A stretch of DNA of 64,000 bases. It comes from Macrostomum hystrix. Taxonomy: Eukaryota > Animalia > Platyhelminthes. A program made the translations under genes and the position numbers. Location of the stretch: contig CATNEN010000012.1 in assembly GCA_950097015.1 (NCBI GenBank), forward strand, positions 434,001-498,000, given 5' to 3'. Shown here in pieces: positions 61,440-64,000 of this stretch. The notes under the pieces were generated by a model. That model was not told the DNA's origin. It made no database searches and worked only from the letters and a program-made list of their open reading frames with translations. Numbering within the stretch: position 1 is the stretch's first letter; each line of letters opens with the position of its first letter.

Positions 61440-63700
61440 AAGGATTCAGGGGAAGAAAGGAAGGGATATAGTGAAGGATCAGGGGTAGAAAGGAAATGAT
61501 ATAGTGAAGGATCAGGGGTAGAAAGGAAAGGATATAGTGAAGGATCAGGGGTACAAAGGAAGGGATATAGTGAAGGATCAGGGGTAGAAAGGAAAGGATA
61601 TAGTAAAGGATCAGGGGTAAAAAGGAAAGGATGTAGTGAAGGATCAGGGGTAGAAAGGAAGGGATATAGTGAAGGATCAGGGGTAGAAAGGAAAGGATGT
61701 AGTGAAGGATCAGGGGTAGAAAGGAAGGGATATAGTGAAGGATCAGGGGTAGAAAGGAAAGGATATAGTGAAGGATCAGGGGTAGAAAGGAAGGGATGTA
61801 GTAAAGGATCAGGGGTAGAAAGGAAATGATATAGTGAAGGATCAGGGGTAGAAAGGAAAGGATGTAGTGAAGGATCAGGGGTAGAAAGGAAAGGATGTAG
61901 TGAAGGATCAGGGGTAGAAAGGAAAGGATGTAGTGAAGGATCAGGGGTAGAAAGGAAAGGATGTAGTGAAGGATCAGGGGTAGAAAGGAAGGGATATAGT
62001 GAAGGATCAGGGGTACAAAGGAAGGGATATAGTGAAGGATCAGGGGTAGAAAGGAAAGGATATAGTAAAGGATCAGGGGTAAAAAGGAAAGGATGTAGTG
62101 AAGGATCAGGGGTACAAAGGAAGGGATATAGTGAAGGATCAGGGGTAGAAAGGAAAGGATATAGTGAAGGATCAGGGGTAGAAAGGAAGGGATGTAGTAA
62201 AGGATCAGGGGTAAAAAGGAAAGGATATAGTGAAGGATCAGGGGTAGAAAGGAAAGGATATAGTGAAGGATCAGGGGTAGAAAGGAAGGGATGTAGTGAA
62301 GGATCAGGGGTAGAAAGGAAAGGATATAGTGAAGGATCAGGGGTAGAAAGGAAGGGATGTAGTGAAGGATCAGGGGTAGAAAGGAAGGGATGTAGTGAAG
62401 GATCAGGGGTAGAAAGGAAAGGATATAGTGAAGGATCAGGGGTAGAAAGGAAGGGATGTAGTGAAGGATCAGGGGTAGAAAGGAATGGATGTAGTGAAGG
62501 ATCAGGGGTAGAAAGGAAAGGATGTAGTGAAGGATCAGGGGTAGAAAGGAAGGCATGTAGTGAAGGATCAGGGGTAGAAAGAAAAGAATGTAGTAAAGGA
62601 TCAGGGGTAGAAAGGAAAGGATATAGTGAATGATCAGGGGTAGAAAGGAAAGGATGTAGTGAAGGATCAGGGGTAGAAAGGAAGGGGTGTACTGAAGGAT
62701 CAGGGGTAGAAAGGAAAGGATGTTGTAAAGTATCTGGGGTAGAAAGGAAAGGATATAGTGAAGGATCAGGGGTAGAAAGGAAAGGATGTAGTGAAGAATC
62801 TGGGGTAGAAAGGAAAGGATATAGTGAAGGATCAGGGGGAGAAAGGAAGGGATGTAGTGAAGGATCAGGGGTAGAAAGGAAGGGATGTAGTGAAGGATCA
62901 GGGGTAGAAAGGAAGAGATGTAGTGAAGGATCAGGGGTAGAAAGGAAGGGATGTAGTGAAGGATCAGGGGTAGAAAGGAAGGGATGTAGTGAAGGATCAG
63001 GGGTAGAAAGGAAGGGATGTAGTGAAGGATCAGGGGTAGAAAGGAAGGGATGTAGTGAAGGATCAGGGGTAGAAAGAAAAGGATGTAGTGAAGGATCAGG
63101 GGTAGAAAGGAAGGGATGTAGTGAAGGATCAGGGGTAGAAAGGAAAGGATATAGTGAAGGATCAGGGGTAGAAAGGAAAGGATATAGTGAAGGATCAGGG
63201 GGAGAAAGGAAAGGATATAGTGAAGGATCAGGGGTAGAAAGGAAAGGATATAGTGAAGGATCAGGGGTAGAAAGGAAAGGATGTAGTGAAGGATCAGGGG
63301 TAGAAAGGAAAGGATATAGTGAAGGATCAGGGGTAGAAAGGAAGGGATGTAGTGAAGGATCAGGGGTAGAAAGGAAGGGATGTAGTGAAGGATCAGGGGT
63401 AGAAAGGAAAGGATGTAGTGAAGGATCAGGGGTAGAAAGGAAAGGATATAGTGAAGGATCAGGGGTAGAAAGGAAGGGATGTAGTGAAGGATCAGGGGTA
63501 GAAAGGAAGGGATGTAGTGAAGGATCAGGGGTAGAAAGGAAGGGATGTAGTAAAGGATCAGGGGTAGAAAGGAAGGGATGTAGTGAAGGATCAGGGGTAG
63601 AAAGGAAGGGATGTAGTAAAGCATCAGGGGTAGAAAGGGATGTAGTGAAGGATCAGGCCTAGAAAGTAAGGGATTCAGTGGAATCGAGAATTCATCAGTG
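61440..63700. repeat. 33-bp minisatellite GTGAAGGATCAGGGGTAGAAAGGAAAGGATATA
   Basis: About 68 copies; accounts for the 763-aa minus-strand ORF. Confidence 0.96.
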
Positions 63701-64000
63701 AAAGGGTACTTAGAATGCATTCAGTGTTTAATAAGGATCAGGGGTAAATCTAAGCTGATAGATGCTATGATACGGCACGCCCGTATTTCAAGTGTGTTCC
63801 GTGTCATCCCTGTCATAGATCAGTGGCATCTTATTTGTGCATGGGCAAATCTTTATTTGTTTGCTCTTCAAAGTACAACGTGGACTGCCGATTGGTTAGA
63901 AATATATTTCAATAATTTTTTCTCTTCCTCAGTCAGGTCAGCTATTTGTCTAAAGTACACGGACAAATTAAGTACACGGGCTGCTATACATGAAGCCATA

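Noticed and set aside
61429-63720. 763-aa hydrophobic ORF (LPLILHYIPSF)n
   Set aside because: 33-bp satellite; variants are freely non-synonymous and there is no non-repetitive domain or signal peptide.

Overview
Eukaryotic (metazoan) genomic DNA with GT-AG introns, GC-rich exons and AT-rich spacers; nearly every large intron and spacer is filled by its own 14-50 bp minisatellite. This style, plus a USP gene and a repetitive amidated-peptide precursor, suggests a lophotrochozoan, plausibly a free-living flatworm such as Macrostomum (inference, not verified). Reconstructed genes: a compact same-strand cluster RPL31-RPS21-NACA, GGACT, a two-DM-domain DMRT factor, a universal stress protein, an 18-copy FNGGMFamide neuropeptide precursor, ATP synthase subunit d, a secreted C-type lectin/PAN protein, a divergent Wnt and glutamine synthetase. 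Mobile DNA: tRNA-headed CORE-like SINEs, a foldback/MULE-like element with a 9-bp TSD, a hAT MITE with an 8-bp TSD, a Merlin relic, and possible piggyBac and HINE relics. Most long ORFs in the supplied track are artefacts of repeat units whose length is a multiple of 3. Best leads: a candidate trans-spliced translation-machinery operon, a recurring acceptor-(3n)-TTATAA-ATG arrangement, the neuropeptide, the Wnt lacking its C-terminal WCC motif, and the double-DM protein.
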